Of a stretch of DNA of 64,000 nucleotides, positions 1 through 9,940 are shown piece after piece. Position numbers and translations under genes: made by a program. Origin of the DNA: an uncultured Pelagibacteraceae bacterium (lineage in GTDB: Bacteria > Pseudomonadota > Alphaproteobacteria > Pelagibacterales > Pelagibacteraceae); contig CACBYP010000006.1 of the NCBI GenBank assembly GCA_902543485.1, positions 11,807-75,806 of the forward strand, read 5' to 3'. The notes below the pieces were generated by a model. That model was not told the origin of the DNA. It searched no databases and saw only the letters and a list, made by a program, of their open reading frames with translations. How positions within the stretch are numbered: position 1 is the first letter of the stretch; every line of letters starts with the position of its first letter.

Positions 1-568
1 TTCCAATATCTTTATAAGTTTGACCTGGAATTCCTGGAGGAGTTCTGAACTTAAATGTTCTGAAATCATCCATATCTTTGATTTTTCTTGGGAACCATCC
101 TAAAGCTTCTGGACCAACTGGTTGAAGCATGAAACCTTTAATGTCTCTTTTCATTTCTCCCCAAAGTCTGTCATATAGTTGTTCTCCACCACCATATAAA
201 AACCATGATAAAAATGCGATGTTATCAATTCCTACACCACCACCTGCTACTGGCGAACCAAATAACATAGCAGCTGGATGTTCTCCAGACCAATAGTGAG
301 TCCAAGCAAATCCGCAATCAATCAAACCTTTATCAACAGCATCAAGAGTTTCTTTAACTCCAACCACTGTTCCTGCTGGCATAATTTCAAATTTTAAAGA
401 TCCACCTGTTAGTTTTGTTACGTTGTCAGTAAAGTCTTTTAACATTACCGCTTCATCACCTTTAGCGCTAATAACCGTCTGACACTTTAACGTTTTTGCA
501 GCATTCGCATTTGAAATAAATCCAAATACTAAGAACGCAGCAAACAACGCTGAAACGATTTTTTTCAT
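1..568 (-). CDS. TRAP-type transporter periplasmic solute-binding protein (DctP-family-like), 3' end cut by window edge
   Basis: Own reverse-strand translation from ATG at 568-566: MKKIVSALFAAFLVFGFISNANAAKTLKCQTVISAKGDEAVMLKDFTDNVTKLTGGSLKFEIMPAGTVV... This is a signal peptide followed by a TRAP solute-receptor-like sequence, open to position 1. It is absent from the ORF track because it is truncated. Confidence 0.7.
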   Translation of the reverse strand, partial: MKKIVSALFAAFLVFGFISNANAAKTLKCQTVISAKGDEAVMLKDFTDNVTKLTGGSLKFEIMPAGTVVGVKETLDAVDKGLIDCGFAWTHYWSGEHPAAMLFGSPVAGGGVGIDNIAFLSWFLYGGGEQLYDRLWGEMKRDIKGFMLQPVGPEALGWFPRKIKDMDDFRTFKFRTPPGIPGQTYKDIG

Positions 569-703
569 TATATCCCTCTCTTTTTATTTATAATGTGAAG
601 ATCCTCTCAAAAATCAAAGGCACATACAAGTGTCATTTCGACGTTTTTATGAGAAAAATGTTTAAAATCATTAAATATTCATTAAAGATTATTTATAAAA
701 AAT

Positions 704-2308
704 ATGGATAAATTTGATTACATAATTATTGGTGCAGGATCCGCAGGCTGTGTCTTGGCTAATAGATTAACAGCAAACCCTGATACTAAAGTTCTTTTAC
801 TTGAGGCTGGTGGTAAAGACACTAATCCATGGATCCATATTCCAGGGGGTTATTTTAAAACCATGCACAATCCAGATACTGACTGGTGTTTTAACACGGA
901 AAAAGAGCCAAACTGTGATAACAGGCAAATGGTTTATCCAAGAGGTAAAACACTAGGCGGAAGCTCATCTATCAATGGAATGCTTTATATTAGAGGTCAA
1001 TCAAATGATTATAATTATTGGAGACAACTAGGTAATGTTGGTTGGTCATGGGATGATGTTCTACCTTATTTTAAAAAATCTGAAGATTTTCAATTTGGAG
1101 AAAATGAGTTTCATGGTTCTGGGGGTCCTATTGCAGTTGAGAAAATTAGAGCAACATTTAAAGTTCTCGATCTATTTTTAGAAGCTGCTGAAGAGCATGG
1201 TTATAAAAGAACTGATGATTTTAACAATGGTGATAATGAGGGAATGGGATATTTTCCATTCACAATTAAAAATGGCTTTAGATGCAGTACAGCTGTAGGT
1301 TATTTAAATCCAGTTAAGAGTAGAAAAAATTTAAAAATTATTACTAAGGCTCACATTAAAAATATAGAATTTGAAAATAAAAAAGCAAAAAAAGTAAATT
1401 ATTGGATAGATGGAAAAGAATTTTCTGTTGAGACTAATAAAGAAATTATATTAAGCGCAGGTACAATTGGTTCACCTCATATATTACAAGCATCGGGAAT
1501 TGGTCCAGGAGAACTTCTAAAAGAAAACAATATTAATGTTTTAAAAGATCACCAAGGAGTTGGAAGAAATCTAACTGATCATTTAATGCTAAGACCAGTT
1601 TATAAGATTAAAAATTTAGAAACTTTAAATGATATTTATTACAGCTTTACTAAAAAAATGTTATCTGGTTTGAAGTTTCTTCTATTAAGAAAAGGACCTT
1701 TAACAGTTGGTGCTAGTTATGTTTGTGGTTTTGTTAAAAGTGATGAGCATTTAGAAACCCCAAATCTTCAATTTCATATTTCACCAGCAAGTACCGATCT
1801 TTTAGGAAAATCTGCTTTACATAAATTTCCGGCGTTCACTCCAACAATTACAAATGTAAGACCAACAAGCAGAGGATCTATAGAATTAAAATCTCCAGAC
1901 ACCAGAGTTTCACCAAAAATAAAAATGAATTATTTATCAACTGATGAAGATCGTGAAATTGCTGGAAAAGCATTAAAGATTGTAAGAAAAATTGTTATGG
2001 AGTCTAAAGCTTATAAAGATTATCAACCTGAAGAGCTTAGACCGGGAATCAATATTACTGATAATGAAGAATTAGCAAAAGAAGCTGGAAAATTTGCGAA
2101 TACTATTTTCCATCCAGTAAGCACATGTAGAATGGGTAAAGATGAAAATGCTGTTGTTAACGATAGATTAGTCGCTCACGGACTTGAAAATTTAAGGGTT
2201 GTAGATGCCTCTGTTATGCCTCATATCACATCAGGAAATACAAATGCACCGACAATAATGATTGCGGAAAAAGCAGCTGATATGATAATTGAGGATAGTA
2301 GAAGATGA
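704..2308 (+). CDS. GMC-family FAD oxidoreductase (choline/alcohol dehydrogenase-like)
   Basis: 534 aa. N-terminal GAGSAGCVLANRL dinucleotide fold, the GGSSSINGM motif and a C-terminal GMC signature region (HPVSTCRMG...NTNAPTIMIAEKAADMI). Confidence 0.85.
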   Translation: MDKFDYIIIGAGSAGCVLANRLTANPDTKVLLLEAGGKDTNPWIHIPGGYFKTMHNPDTDWCFNTEKEPNCDNRQMVYPRGKTLGGSSSINGMLYIRGQSNDYNYWRQLGNVGWSWDDVLPYFKKSEDFQFGENEFHGSGGPIAVEKIRATFKVLDLFLEAAEEHGYKRTDDFNNGDNEGMGYFPFTIKNGFRCSTAVGYLNPVKSRKNLKIITKAHIKNIEFENKKAKKVNYWIDGKEFSVETNKEIILSAGTIGSPHILQASGIGPGELLKENNINVLKDHQGVGRNLTDHLMLRPVYKIKNLETLNDIYYSFTKKMLSGLKFLLLRKGPLTVGASYVCGFVKSDEHLETPNLQFHISPASTDLLGKSALHKFPAFTPTITNVRPTSRGSIELKSPDTRVSPKIKMNYLSTDEDREIAGKALKIVRKIVMESKAYKDYQPEELRPGINITDNEELAKEAGKFANTIFHPVSTCRMGKDENAVVNDRLVAHGLENLRVVDASVMPHITSGNTNAPTIMIAEKAADMIIEDSRR

Positions 2309-2883
2309 CCGAACAAATAGTAATTTTTTTTCAAATAGTTTTTATCGATTTAGTTTTAGCAGGAGATAATGCAATTATAATTGGAATGGTTGCTTCTCAG
2401 TTTCCAACTGAGCAGAGAAAAAAAATTATTTTTTGGGGAATTGGAGCAGCGGTAGTTTTAAGAATTATATTTACACTAATAACTGCTTATCTATTACAAA
2501 TCACAGGACTTAGACTTATAGGTGGAATATTACTTCTTTATATATGTTACCGACTTTATGAAGATGTAATAAAAATGAATGGTAATGCTGAAGAAAATGT
2601 AAAAAAAGTAGATAACAGCTCATTCATGAAAGCTATAACAACTGTAATCCTTGCAGATGTAACTATGAGTTTAGATAATGTATTAGGAGTAGCAGGTGCA
2701 GCTAGAGATCACTATATGCTATTAATATTTGGTCTAGTTTTATCTATAGTTTTAATGGCTACTGCAGCAACTTTGATATCTGGGTGGATTAAAAAGTATA
2801 AATGGATAGGATGGGTTGGATTATTAGCAATATTATTTGTTGCAATAGAGCTAATATATACAGACGTAAAACTATTTTTGTAA
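2305..2883 (+). CDS. TerC-family integral membrane protein
   Basis: 192 aa and polytopic. Duplicated (A)GDNAI / SLDNVLGV motifs typical of the TerC/YjbE family. ATGA overlap with the upstream gene. Confidence 0.7.
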   Translation: MTEQIVIFFQIVFIDLVLAGDNAIIIGMVASQFPTEQRKKIIFWGIGAAVVLRIIFTLITAYLLQITGLRLIGGILLLYICYRLYEDVIKMNGNAEENVKKVDNSSFMKAITTVILADVTMSLDNVLGVAGAARDHYMLLIFGLVLSIVLMATAATLISGWIKKYKWIGWVGLLAILFVAIELIYTDVKLFL

Positions 2884-3642
2884 ATGTACTTAAAAAAAAT
2901 TAATTTAAAAAATAAAGTTGCTTTAGTTACTGGTGCAGGAAAAGGTATTGGTAGAGCTTGTTCAATTGCTCTTGCGGAAGCTGGTGCAACAATAATTGGT
3001 GTAAGTAGAACTACTTCTGATCTTGATAAACTTCAAAAAGATATAAAAAAAGTTAAAGGAAAATTAACTAAAATAACTTGCGATATTATGGATTATGAGG
3101 ATCTTTCCTCTAAATTAAAAAAAATTAAGCAAGTTGATATTCTTGTAAATAACGCTGGTACAAACATTCCTGAACCTTTTGAAAAAATAAAACAAACAAG
3201 TATGAATTATCTTGTAGATTTAAATATGAAAGCAGCATTCAATGTTGCTCAATTAGTAGTCCTAAAAATGTTAAAAAATAAAAAAAAAGGTGGATCTATA
3301 ATTAATATGTCCTCACAATTAGGGCATGTTGGTATGTCGGGTAGAAATGTTTATAACATGACAAAATTTGGAATTGAGGGATTAACAAAGGGAATGGGAG
3401 TTGAACTTGCAACAAAAAATATCAGAGTAAACACCGTTGCACCTACATTTGTTGAAACTCCAATGGTTAAAAAATTCTTTAAAAATAAGAAATTTAAACA
3501 ACTTGCTTTAAGTAATATTCCAATGGGAAAAGTTGCAACAGAGTCTGATGTAGCTACAGCAGTATGTTTTTTAGCGTCAGATGCAGCAAGTATGATAACC
3601 GGGACATCAATTGTAATTGATGGGGGTTGGACAGCAAAATAA
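2884..3642 (+). CDS. Short-chain dehydrogenase/reductase (SDR)
   Basis: 252 aa. TGAGKGIGRA cofactor motif, NNAG, and the S...YNMTK catalytic tetrad region. Confidence 0.85.
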   Translation: MYLKKINLKNKVALVTGAGKGIGRACSIALAEAGATIIGVSRTTSDLDKLQKDIKKVKGKLTKITCDIMDYEDLSSKLKKIKQVDILVNNAGTNIPEPFEKIKQTSMNYLVDLNMKAAFNVAQLVVLKMLKNKKKGGSIINMSSQLGHVGMSGRNVYNMTKFGIEGLTKGMGVELATKNIRVNTVAPTFVETPMVKKFFKNKKFKQLALSNIPMGKVATESDVATAVCFLASDAASMITGTSIVIDGGWTAK

Positions 3643-4430
3643 TGAAAAAATTGTTGCTTTTTTTAGCAATTATATTTTCTACTCACTCTCATGCTTTAGA
3701 GTTTCAGGGTAAATTTTTACAAGGTCATTTTATTTTAGGTAAAGCAGAAGCTGGATCAAAGGTATTTGTAGATAAAACACAAGTTAAAGTATCTGAGGAT
3801 GGATATTTTGTATTTGGCATTGATAGAGATCGAAAATTCGATTTAGCTATTACTGAAATAAGTAATGGTAAAAAAAATAAAGTTATAAAAAAAGTTTTTA
3901 AGAGAAAATATAATATTCAAAGAATAGATGGTCTGCCTGAAAGTAAAGTTACACCACCAGAATCTGTTTATAAAAGAATTAAAGAAGAAAATGGAAGAAT
4001 TGGAAAAGCAAGGGCCATAAATTCAGATTTAACTTTCTTTGCTGAACAATTTATTATGCCAGTTGAAGGAATAATTAGTGGAGTATATGGAAGTCAAAGA
4101 ATTCTTAATGGCAAACCGAAGTGGCCTCACTATGGAATTGATATTGCGGCTAAACAGGGAACTGAAATAAAATCATCTGGAACTGGAATAGTGACAATGG
4201 CTGAAGATGATCTTTATTATACGGGTGGCACTGTAATAATGGATCACGGACATGGTATTTCAACGATATATTCTCATCTTGAAAATGTAATGGTTAAAGT
4301 TGGTGATGAAGTTAAACAAGGAGAAATTATTGGAACTGTTGGATCTACTGGTAGATCAACTGGTCCTCATTTAGATTTTAGGATAAATTGGTTTCAAACT
4401 AGACTTGATCCTATGAGCATTCTTCAATAA
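3642..4430 (+). CDS. Secreted M23-family metallopeptidase
   Basis: The track ORF begins at a TTG (3627). The ATG at 3642 (TAATG overlap with the SDR stop) gives the signal peptide MKKLLLFLAIIFSTHSHA. HYGIDIA and GSTGRSTGPHLDF are M23/LytM motifs. Confidence 0.85.
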   Translation: MKKLLLFLAIIFSTHSHALEFQGKFLQGHFILGKAEAGSKVFVDKTQVKVSEDGYFVFGIDRDRKFDLAITEISNGKKNKVIKKVFKRKYNIQRIDGLPESKVTPPESVYKRIKEENGRIGKARAINSDLTFFAEQFIMPVEGIISGVYGSQRILNGKPKWPHYGIDIAAKQGTEIKSSGTGIVTMAEDDLYYTGGTVIMDHGHGISTIYSHLENVMVKVGDEVKQGEIIGTVGSTGRSTGPHLDFRINWFQTRLDPMSILQ

Positions 4431-4439
4431 GTTCTGGCT

Positions 4440-5213
4440 ATGAAAAATGAAATTAATCGTATTGCTGATAGACTAGTTAAAGCTTTCAACACAAATACAG
4501 TTATTAATCCTATCCCAGTAAAATATTGTAAAAATATTAATTTAGCTAACAAGCTTAGAAAATTGTGTGAAGATCAAATTAAAGATGAAACTATAGGTGT
4601 AAAAGCTGGAGGAACAGGCATTCAAGCATTAAAAAAATTAAAAGAAAAAGAACCTTTTACAGCAAAAGTATTTAAAAAAAGATTAGTTAAATCTGGTCAA
4701 AAAGTAAAAATAAACCAACACACTAAAGGTATAGAGGTTGAAGTTTATTATTTTATTAAGAAATCTTTCTTTGATTTTAAAGGAAAAGTTACAAAATCAA
4801 ATGTCACTAAATTTATTAAGTTTATGGGACCTTGTTTTGAAATAGTTGGTTTCAGACAAAGAAATAAAAAATTTACATATTTGGGAGATATCTGTGGAGA
4901 TTTTGGATTTAACATTAAATTTGTTGTTGGAAGAAAAACAAAATTCAAAAAATTAAACTTAAATAATTTAAAAACATCATTAGTCAGCAAAAAGAATGGG
5001 GTAAAAGTAAATGGTAATACAAATATTGTTTATATTAACCCATTAAATTCTTTAAGATTTGTTTTAAATAAAGTTAAGAAAGAAAAGATTAACTTAAATA
5101 AAGATTTTTATGTTTTCACAGGCTCAACTGTGGGAGTAGTTCCATTTAAAGGAAAAGGAATATACAAAGGAACAGTTGATAAAATTGGTTCTGTCAGTGT
5201 CAATATTCGTTAA
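4440..5213 (+). CDS. FAH-fold hydratase/decarboxylase family protein (MhpD/HpcG-like)
   Basis: 257 aa. By eye the block order resembles 2-keto-4-pentenoate hydratases (IEVEVYY, PCFEIVGFR, INPLNSLRFVLNKV, FTGSTVGVVP...IGSVSV). Not verified by HMM. Confidence 0.5.
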   Translation: MKNEINRIADRLVKAFNTNTVINPIPVKYCKNINLANKLRKLCEDQIKDETIGVKAGGTGIQALKKLKEKEPFTAKVFKKRLVKSGQKVKINQHTKGIEVEVYYFIKKSFFDFKGKVTKSNVTKFIKFMGPCFEIVGFRQRNKKFTYLGDICGDFGFNIKFVVGRKTKFKKLNLNNLKTSLVSKKNGVKVNGNTNIVYINPLNSLRFVLNKVKKEKINLNKDFYVFTGSTVGVVPFKGKGIYKGTVDKIGSVSVNIR

Positions 5214-6364
5214 TGGGTCTTCATTTTAGCAAAGAAGAATTCTCAAATAGAAAAAAAAAGACACTAAACTCAATGAAAAATGAGGGTCTAGATGCTCTTA
5301 TCATGTTTAGACAAGAGTCTATGTATTGGCTCACTGGTTACGACACATTTGGATATGTATTTTTTCAAGCGTTAGTTTTAGATCAACAAGGTAATATAAT
5401 ATTATTAACTAGAGCCCCTGATCTAAGGCAAGCACAAAATACTTCTAACATTAGTGATATCAGAATTTGGGTTGATAAAGATGGTGCTAACCCTGCTGAT
5501 GATCTCAAAATAATTTTAGATGAATTAAATTTAAAAGGAAAAAAAATTGGTGTTGAATATGAAGCCTACGGTCTTACAGGAAGAAATGCATTAAGACTTA
5601 ATACAGTTTTGCAAAACTATTGCTCTATTGAAGATAAGTCGGAATTAATAACAAAACTCAGGGTAATAAAATCTAAAGAGGAAATTAATTATGTAAAAAA
5701 AGCAGCAAATTTAGCAGACAAAGCTTTAGATGAAGTATGGAAGAATGCAAAAACAGGTGTAAGTGAGTCTAAAATTTTAGCTGAAATGAATAGAGTTATA
5801 TTTGAAGGAGGTGGAGATTATCCTGCTAATGAATTTATTATAGGGTCTGGAAAGAATGCACTACTCTGTCGATATCAAGCAGAAAAACAAATACTTAATA
5901 ATCAAGATCAGTTGACCATTGAATGGGCTGGTACTTATAGGCACTATCATTCAGCGATGTTTAGAACAATACCAATAGGAAAAGCAGATCCGAAACATTA
6001 TAAAATGCATGAGGCTTGTGTTGAGGCGCTTACAAATTGTGAAAATAAATTAAAACCTGGAAATAAAATTGGGGAGGTTTTTGATGTTCATGCAAAAACC
6101 TTTGATGATTATGGCTTTAAAAATTCACGAATGAATGCATGTGGTTACTCATTAGGAGCAACTTTTTCTCCAAACTGGATGGATTGGCCAATGTTATACA
6201 CAGGAAATCCATATGAAATTAAGCCAGGAAATGTATTCTTTATGCATATGATATTGATGGACTCTGAAAATCAATTAGCCATGAACTTAGGTGAAACATA
6301 TATTGTTACTGAAAAAGGGCATGAAAGATTAGGTAAGCAGAAATTAGACTTGGTTGTCCTATAA
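5213..6364 (+). CDS. M24-family hydrolase (creatinase/Xaa-Pro peptidase/ectoine-hydrolase-like)
   Basis: 383 aa. A creatinase-type N-domain followed by a pita-bread M24 domain pattern. TAATG overlap with the upstream gene. Confidence 0.75.
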   Translation: MGLHFSKEEFSNRKKKTLNSMKNEGLDALIMFRQESMYWLTGYDTFGYVFFQALVLDQQGNIILLTRAPDLRQAQNTSNISDIRIWVDKDGANPADDLKIILDELNLKGKKIGVEYEAYGLTGRNALRLNTVLQNYCSIEDKSELITKLRVIKSKEEINYVKKAANLADKALDEVWKNAKTGVSESKILAEMNRVIFEGGGDYPANEFIIGSGKNALLCRYQAEKQILNNQDQLTIEWAGTYRHYHSAMFRTIPIGKADPKHYKMHEACVEALTNCENKLKPGNKIGEVFDVHAKTFDDYGFKNSRMNACGYSLGATFSPNWMDWPMLYTGNPYEIKPGNVFFMHMILMDSENQLAMNLGETYIVTEKGHERLGKQKLDLVVL

Positions 6365-6374
6365 AACAGATATT

Positions 6375-7262
6375 ATGAATAAAAAAACTTACGCAGTTAT
6401 TTTAATAATATTATCTGTCTTCTTTACTAGTACTATGATTGCTTCTTTTAAATTAGCACAATTAGAGGTAAATATTTTTACTGTAGCACTAATTAGTTAT
6501 ATTTTTGGATTGATAATAATTTCACCAATAATAATAAAGTCAAACTTTTCCATATTTAAAACTAAAAACTTAAAATTACATTTTGTTCGATCAAGTATAA
6601 ATCTACCAGCAATGTTATTAGGTTTTGGATCTATATCTTTTATTCCGATTGAAAAATTTACTGCTATTCAATTTATTGTGCCATTTATTGTCACAATATT
6701 AGCTGTAATTTTTTTGAAAGAGAAAATTTACATTTACAGAACGATTGCTTTGATTTTTGGATTTGTTGGTATGTTAATAATAATTAGACCAGGATTTATT
6801 GATATATCAATAGGTGTTTCAATGGCCCTCTGCTCATGCTTCTTTTGGTCGACCGTTATTGTAATTACTAAAAAAATGTCTGCAGACGATAGTGCTGTAA
6901 CCATTCTAGCTTACCAGTATGTTATTATGATAATTTTCATGTTAGTGTTAGCAATATTTTATTGGCAAGCACCATCTATTAAAACATTAGGATTTATATT
7001 TTTATCAGCTTTAAGTGGAGCTATATTCCATCTATGTATTAATAATGCTTACAGATTGGTTGATGTAACAATGACACAACCTTATACATTTTTAGGTTTA
7101 ATATTTTCATCTATACTTGGTTTTTACATTTTTGGAGATATTCCTGATAAATATACTTGGTTAGGTGCATTTATTATATTTGTTGGGATATTAATTATTA
7201 CTTATAGAGAAACTAAATTAAAAAAACAAATAGCTACTAAAGAATTAAATATTAATACTTAA
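6375..7262 (+). CDS. EamA/DMT-family transporter
   Basis: About 10 TM segments in two similar halves. The track start at 6354 is TTG; the first ATG (MNKKTYAVILIIL) is at 6375. Confidence 0.8.
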   Translation: MNKKTYAVILIILSVFFTSTMIASFKLAQLEVNIFTVALISYIFGLIIISPIIIKSNFSIFKTKNLKLHFVRSSINLPAMLLGFGSISFIPIEKFTAIQFIVPFIVTILAVIFLKEKIYIYRTIALIFGFVGMLIIIRPGFIDISIGVSMALCSCFFWSTVIVITKKMSADDSAVTILAYQYVIMIIFMLVLAIFYWQAPSIKTLGFIFLSALSGAIFHLCINNAYRLVDVTMTQPYTFLGLIFSSILGFYIFGDIPDKYTWLGAFIIFVGILIITYRETKLKKQIATKELNINT

Positions 7263-7267
7263 TATTT

Positions 7268-7726
7268 TCACAATTCTTTAGTGCAACCAAAGAAAGAAAT
7301 ATATTTTTCATTATCCTTAGTATTCATATTTTTTGTAACTTCATGAATTAATTCACCAGTTGATCTATTTAAAAATACTGATTCCGAGTATTTTTTTTCT
7401 TTATCTATATTTTTAAATAAAATGGTGTCGTTTTTAGCAATTCTAACATCATCTTTACTAATATCTGAATAAGTATCTATAAATTCTGATAAACCATTGA
7501 TAGTAAGCTTACTTGGTTGTGCTGCTACAACTTTTAAAACTTTTTTTTTATCTACCTCAATATTGTCTGCAGTAAAAGTTTGATAATTAAAATCTTTATT
7601 TTTGATCATTATTTTTTCTAATTTACAATCAAAAGTAATTTTAAAGTCATGGATAATATCAGTATTTTTAGAAAAACTAATTGATGATGAAAAAAGTAAA
7701 ATTACTATCGAAAATATAATTTTCAT
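7268..7726 (-). CDS. Hypothetical secreted protein
   Basis: 152 aa with an N-terminal signal-like MKIIFSIVILLFSSSISFS. Abuts the upstream gene's stop with no gap. No recognisable motifs. Confidence 0.5.
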   Translation of the reverse strand: MKIIFSIVILLFSSSISFSKNTDIIHDFKITFDCKLEKIMIKNKDFNYQTFTADNIEVDKKKVLKVVAAQPSKLTINGLSEFIDTYSDISKDDVRIAKNDTILFKNIDKEKKYSESVFLNRSTGELIHEVTKNMNTKDNEKYISFFGCTKEL

Positions 7727-8704
7727 TTATTTACCATATCGTATTTTACTGTGTAAATCGTGTGCACTTTGCCACCCATTTTCTAATCTTGGTCCTCCAA
7801 AATAATCACCGCACAAACCTAAATTTATTGACTTATTCCATAAAGATAATTGTTTAAGTGGCTTTGAATTAGAAGAATACATCCAGCCATGAATTCTAGA
7901 GTGATGAATTTTTTTGATTTTTAACTTTGTTAATTTTTCAAATTTTTTAACTAGTTGATTTGTGTAGTATTTTCTTTTGTTTCTATAATCTTTAGTGAAT
8001 TTATTACCATATTTGTATGTGCTTTGAAGTGTCCATAAATCATACTTAAATTTAAATCTTTTCTTACTATTTTCGTATGCAGCCCAACCAAGCATATCAT
8101 CATTAAAAAAATAACTACTATTTGATTGTTTAAGCTTATTAGAGACAATCATGACTGTTAAATTAGCATCCATTTTAACTTTTTGATTTAAATAGGATTT
8201 ATTTAAATATTTTTGTCCTAATTTCTTACTTTGAGGAAATGGACAAGTCAAAATAAGATTTTTACAAATTTGTTTTACATCATTTTTAAATGTTAATTCC
8301 CAATGATCATTTAATCTCTTTATATTTGTAAGTTCATGTTCAAAATTACATTTAATTTTCTTTAATAAATGTTTGCTAATAGAGTTGTTTCCTTTTGTTC
8401 CAATTAATTTTATATGATTTTTAATTTCTTTGACTGTTTTATGCAGAAACAAATGATTTCCTCCCCACTTTTTTAAAACTCTTTTTTTTATTAGTTGATT
8501 AGTAAAGGTTTTAAATTTTGCAGATTTTGGAGAGATATATTGAAGTCCGTGATCAAATCCGACTTTATCTTTATATTTTTTAAAAGAGCTTCTGCCACCA
8601 AAACCCCTTGCTTTGTCATAAACTGCAACGGAATATTTTTTATTTAATAAGTTTGCTATCGTTGATCCCGAAATTCCTGATCCTATGATACAAAAATCAA
8701 GCAT
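7727..8704 (-). CDS. NAD(P)/FAD-dependent oxidoreductase (renalase/COG3380-like)
   Basis: 325 aa. N-terminal IIGSGISGSTIANLL Rossmann motif and a C-terminal GDYFGGPRLE region typical of amine-oxidase-like flavoproteins. Confidence 0.65.
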   Translation of the reverse strand: MLDFCIIGSGISGSTIANLLNKKYSVAVYDKARGFGGRSSFKKYKDKVGFDHGLQYISPKSAKFKTFTNQLIKKRVLKKWGGNHLFLHKTVKEIKNHIKLIGTKGNNSISKHLLKKIKCNFEHELTNIKRLNDHWELTFKNDVKQICKNLILTCPFPQSKKLGQKYLNKSYLNQKVKMDANLTVMIVSNKLKQSNSSYFFNDDMLGWAAYENSKKRFKFKYDLWTLQSTYKYGNKFTKDYRNKRKYYTNQLVKKFEKLTKLKIKKIHHSRIHGWMYSSNSKPLKQLSLWNKSINLGLCGDYFGGPRLENGWQSAHDLHSKIRYGK

Positions 8705-8722
8705 AATTCATAACTTGATTAA

Positions 8723-9895
8723 TTAACAAAGATACTCAAGTGCCTTAAGTATTCCGCCTTTTTTATAAGGTATTTTAGATTTCATTAAACCCATTTCAAC
8801 ACCTGCCAATGTTCCAGCTAACATGAGTTCATTAAAATCACCTAAGTGGCCAATTCTAAAAATTTTACCAGCAACTTTTGCAAGTCCTGTTCCCAATGAC
8901 ATGTTGTAGTGATCTAAAATAGTTTTTCTTAAAAAATCTGCATCATGACCATCTGGAACCATTACTGCTGTTAATGAATCTGAGTATTCTTCTGGATTTT
9001 TACAAAGTATTTCTAACCCCCACGAATTGACTGCAACTCTTGTAGCTTCTGCAAATCTTTTGTGTCTTTTGAAAACATTATCTAAACCTTCTTCTGTAAG
9101 CATATTGATTGCTTCATCCAAACCATAAAATAAATTTGTGGCTGGTGTGTAAGGAAAGTAACCTTTTTTATTGTTTTCTAACATCGGTCCCCAATCCCAG
9201 TAAGATTTTGGTAATTCAGATGTTTTATATGCCTCTAAAGCTTTAGAACTTATTGCATTAAAAGAAAGTCCTGGTGGTAATAGTAATCCTTTTTGAGAAC
9301 CACCAACAGTTACATCAACTTTCCACTCTTCATGTCTATAATCAATAGAGCCTAATGAAGATATCGTATCAACAAATAATAAAGCTGGATGTTCCGCATT
9401 ATCCATAGCTTTTCTAATTTCTCCAATTCTACTTGTAACACCTGTAGAAGTTTCATTATGTACAGCACAAACTGCTTTAATTTTTTTATCTTTGTCTTCT
9501 TTTAGTTTTTGTTCAACGATGTTTGGATCAACACCTGTTCTCCAATCACCTTCAACAAAGTCTACTTCAATTTTAAATTTTTGAGCAATATCCCACCAAA
9601 GAGTTGAGAAATGTCCAGTTTCAAACATCAAGATTTTATCTCCAGCACTTAAAGTGTTTACAAGTGCAGCTTCCCAAGCACCCGTTCCTGAAGCTGGAAA
9701 AATTATTACAGGTTCAGAAGTTTTAAAAATTAATTTTATTCGGTCTAAAACTCTTAATCCTAATTCAGCAAAGTCAGGACCTCTGTGATCTATAGTTGGA
9801 TAATCCATAGCTCTTAAAACTCTATCTGGAACGTTTGTTGGTCCTGGAATTTGTAAAAAATGTCGACCAGGTCTTATATTATTTGAAATTGCCAT
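8723..9895 (-). CDS. Class V aminotransferase (serine/alanine-glyoxylate aminotransferase type)
   Basis: 390 aa. The LQIPGPTNVPDRVLRAM N-terminus and the GGSQKGL PLP-lysine region are typical of the SgaA/AGXT family. Confidence 0.85.
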   Translation of the reverse strand: MAISNNIRPGRHFLQIPGPTNVPDRVLRAMDYPTIDHRGPDFAELGLRVLDRIKLIFKTSEPVIIFPASGTGAWEAALVNTLSAGDKILMFETGHFSTLWWDIAQKFKIEVDFVEGDWRTGVDPNIVEQKLKEDKDKKIKAVCAVHNETSTGVTSRIGEIRKAMDNAEHPALLFVDTISSLGSIDYRHEEWKVDVTVGGSQKGLLLPPGLSFNAISSKALEAYKTSELPKSYWDWGPMLENNKKGYFPYTPATNLFYGLDEAINMLTEEGLDNVFKRHKRFAEATRVAVNSWGLEILCKNPEEYSDSLTAVMVPDGHDADFLRKTILDHYNMSLGTGLAKVAGKIFRIGHLGDFNELMLAGTLAGVEMGLMKSKIPYKKGGILKALEYLC

Positions 9896-9940
9896 ACCGC
9901 TGTATATGCTAAAGAAATTATATAAGCAAATTTATAATGT

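Noticed and set aside
2240-2310. Mn-sensing (yybP-ykoY) riboswitch ahead of the TerC-family gene
   Set aside because: The TerC gene overlaps the upstream GMC oxidoreductase by 4 nt, so there is no leader in which a riboswitch could sit.
4748-4990. 80-aa minus-strand ORF, plus similar short antisense ORFs in the track (7602-7805, 7951-8148, 18336-18521, 19510-19719, 20544-20846, 25114-25734, 28373-28597, 32031-32342, 38738-39007, 42732-43019, 44813-45022, 45635-45820, 51229-51847, 54707-54988, 55633-55866, 56397-56588, 60438-60825)
   Set aside because: Each is nested antisense within a longer ORF that has recognisable family motifs. AT-rich DNA yields many such stop-free reverse frames.
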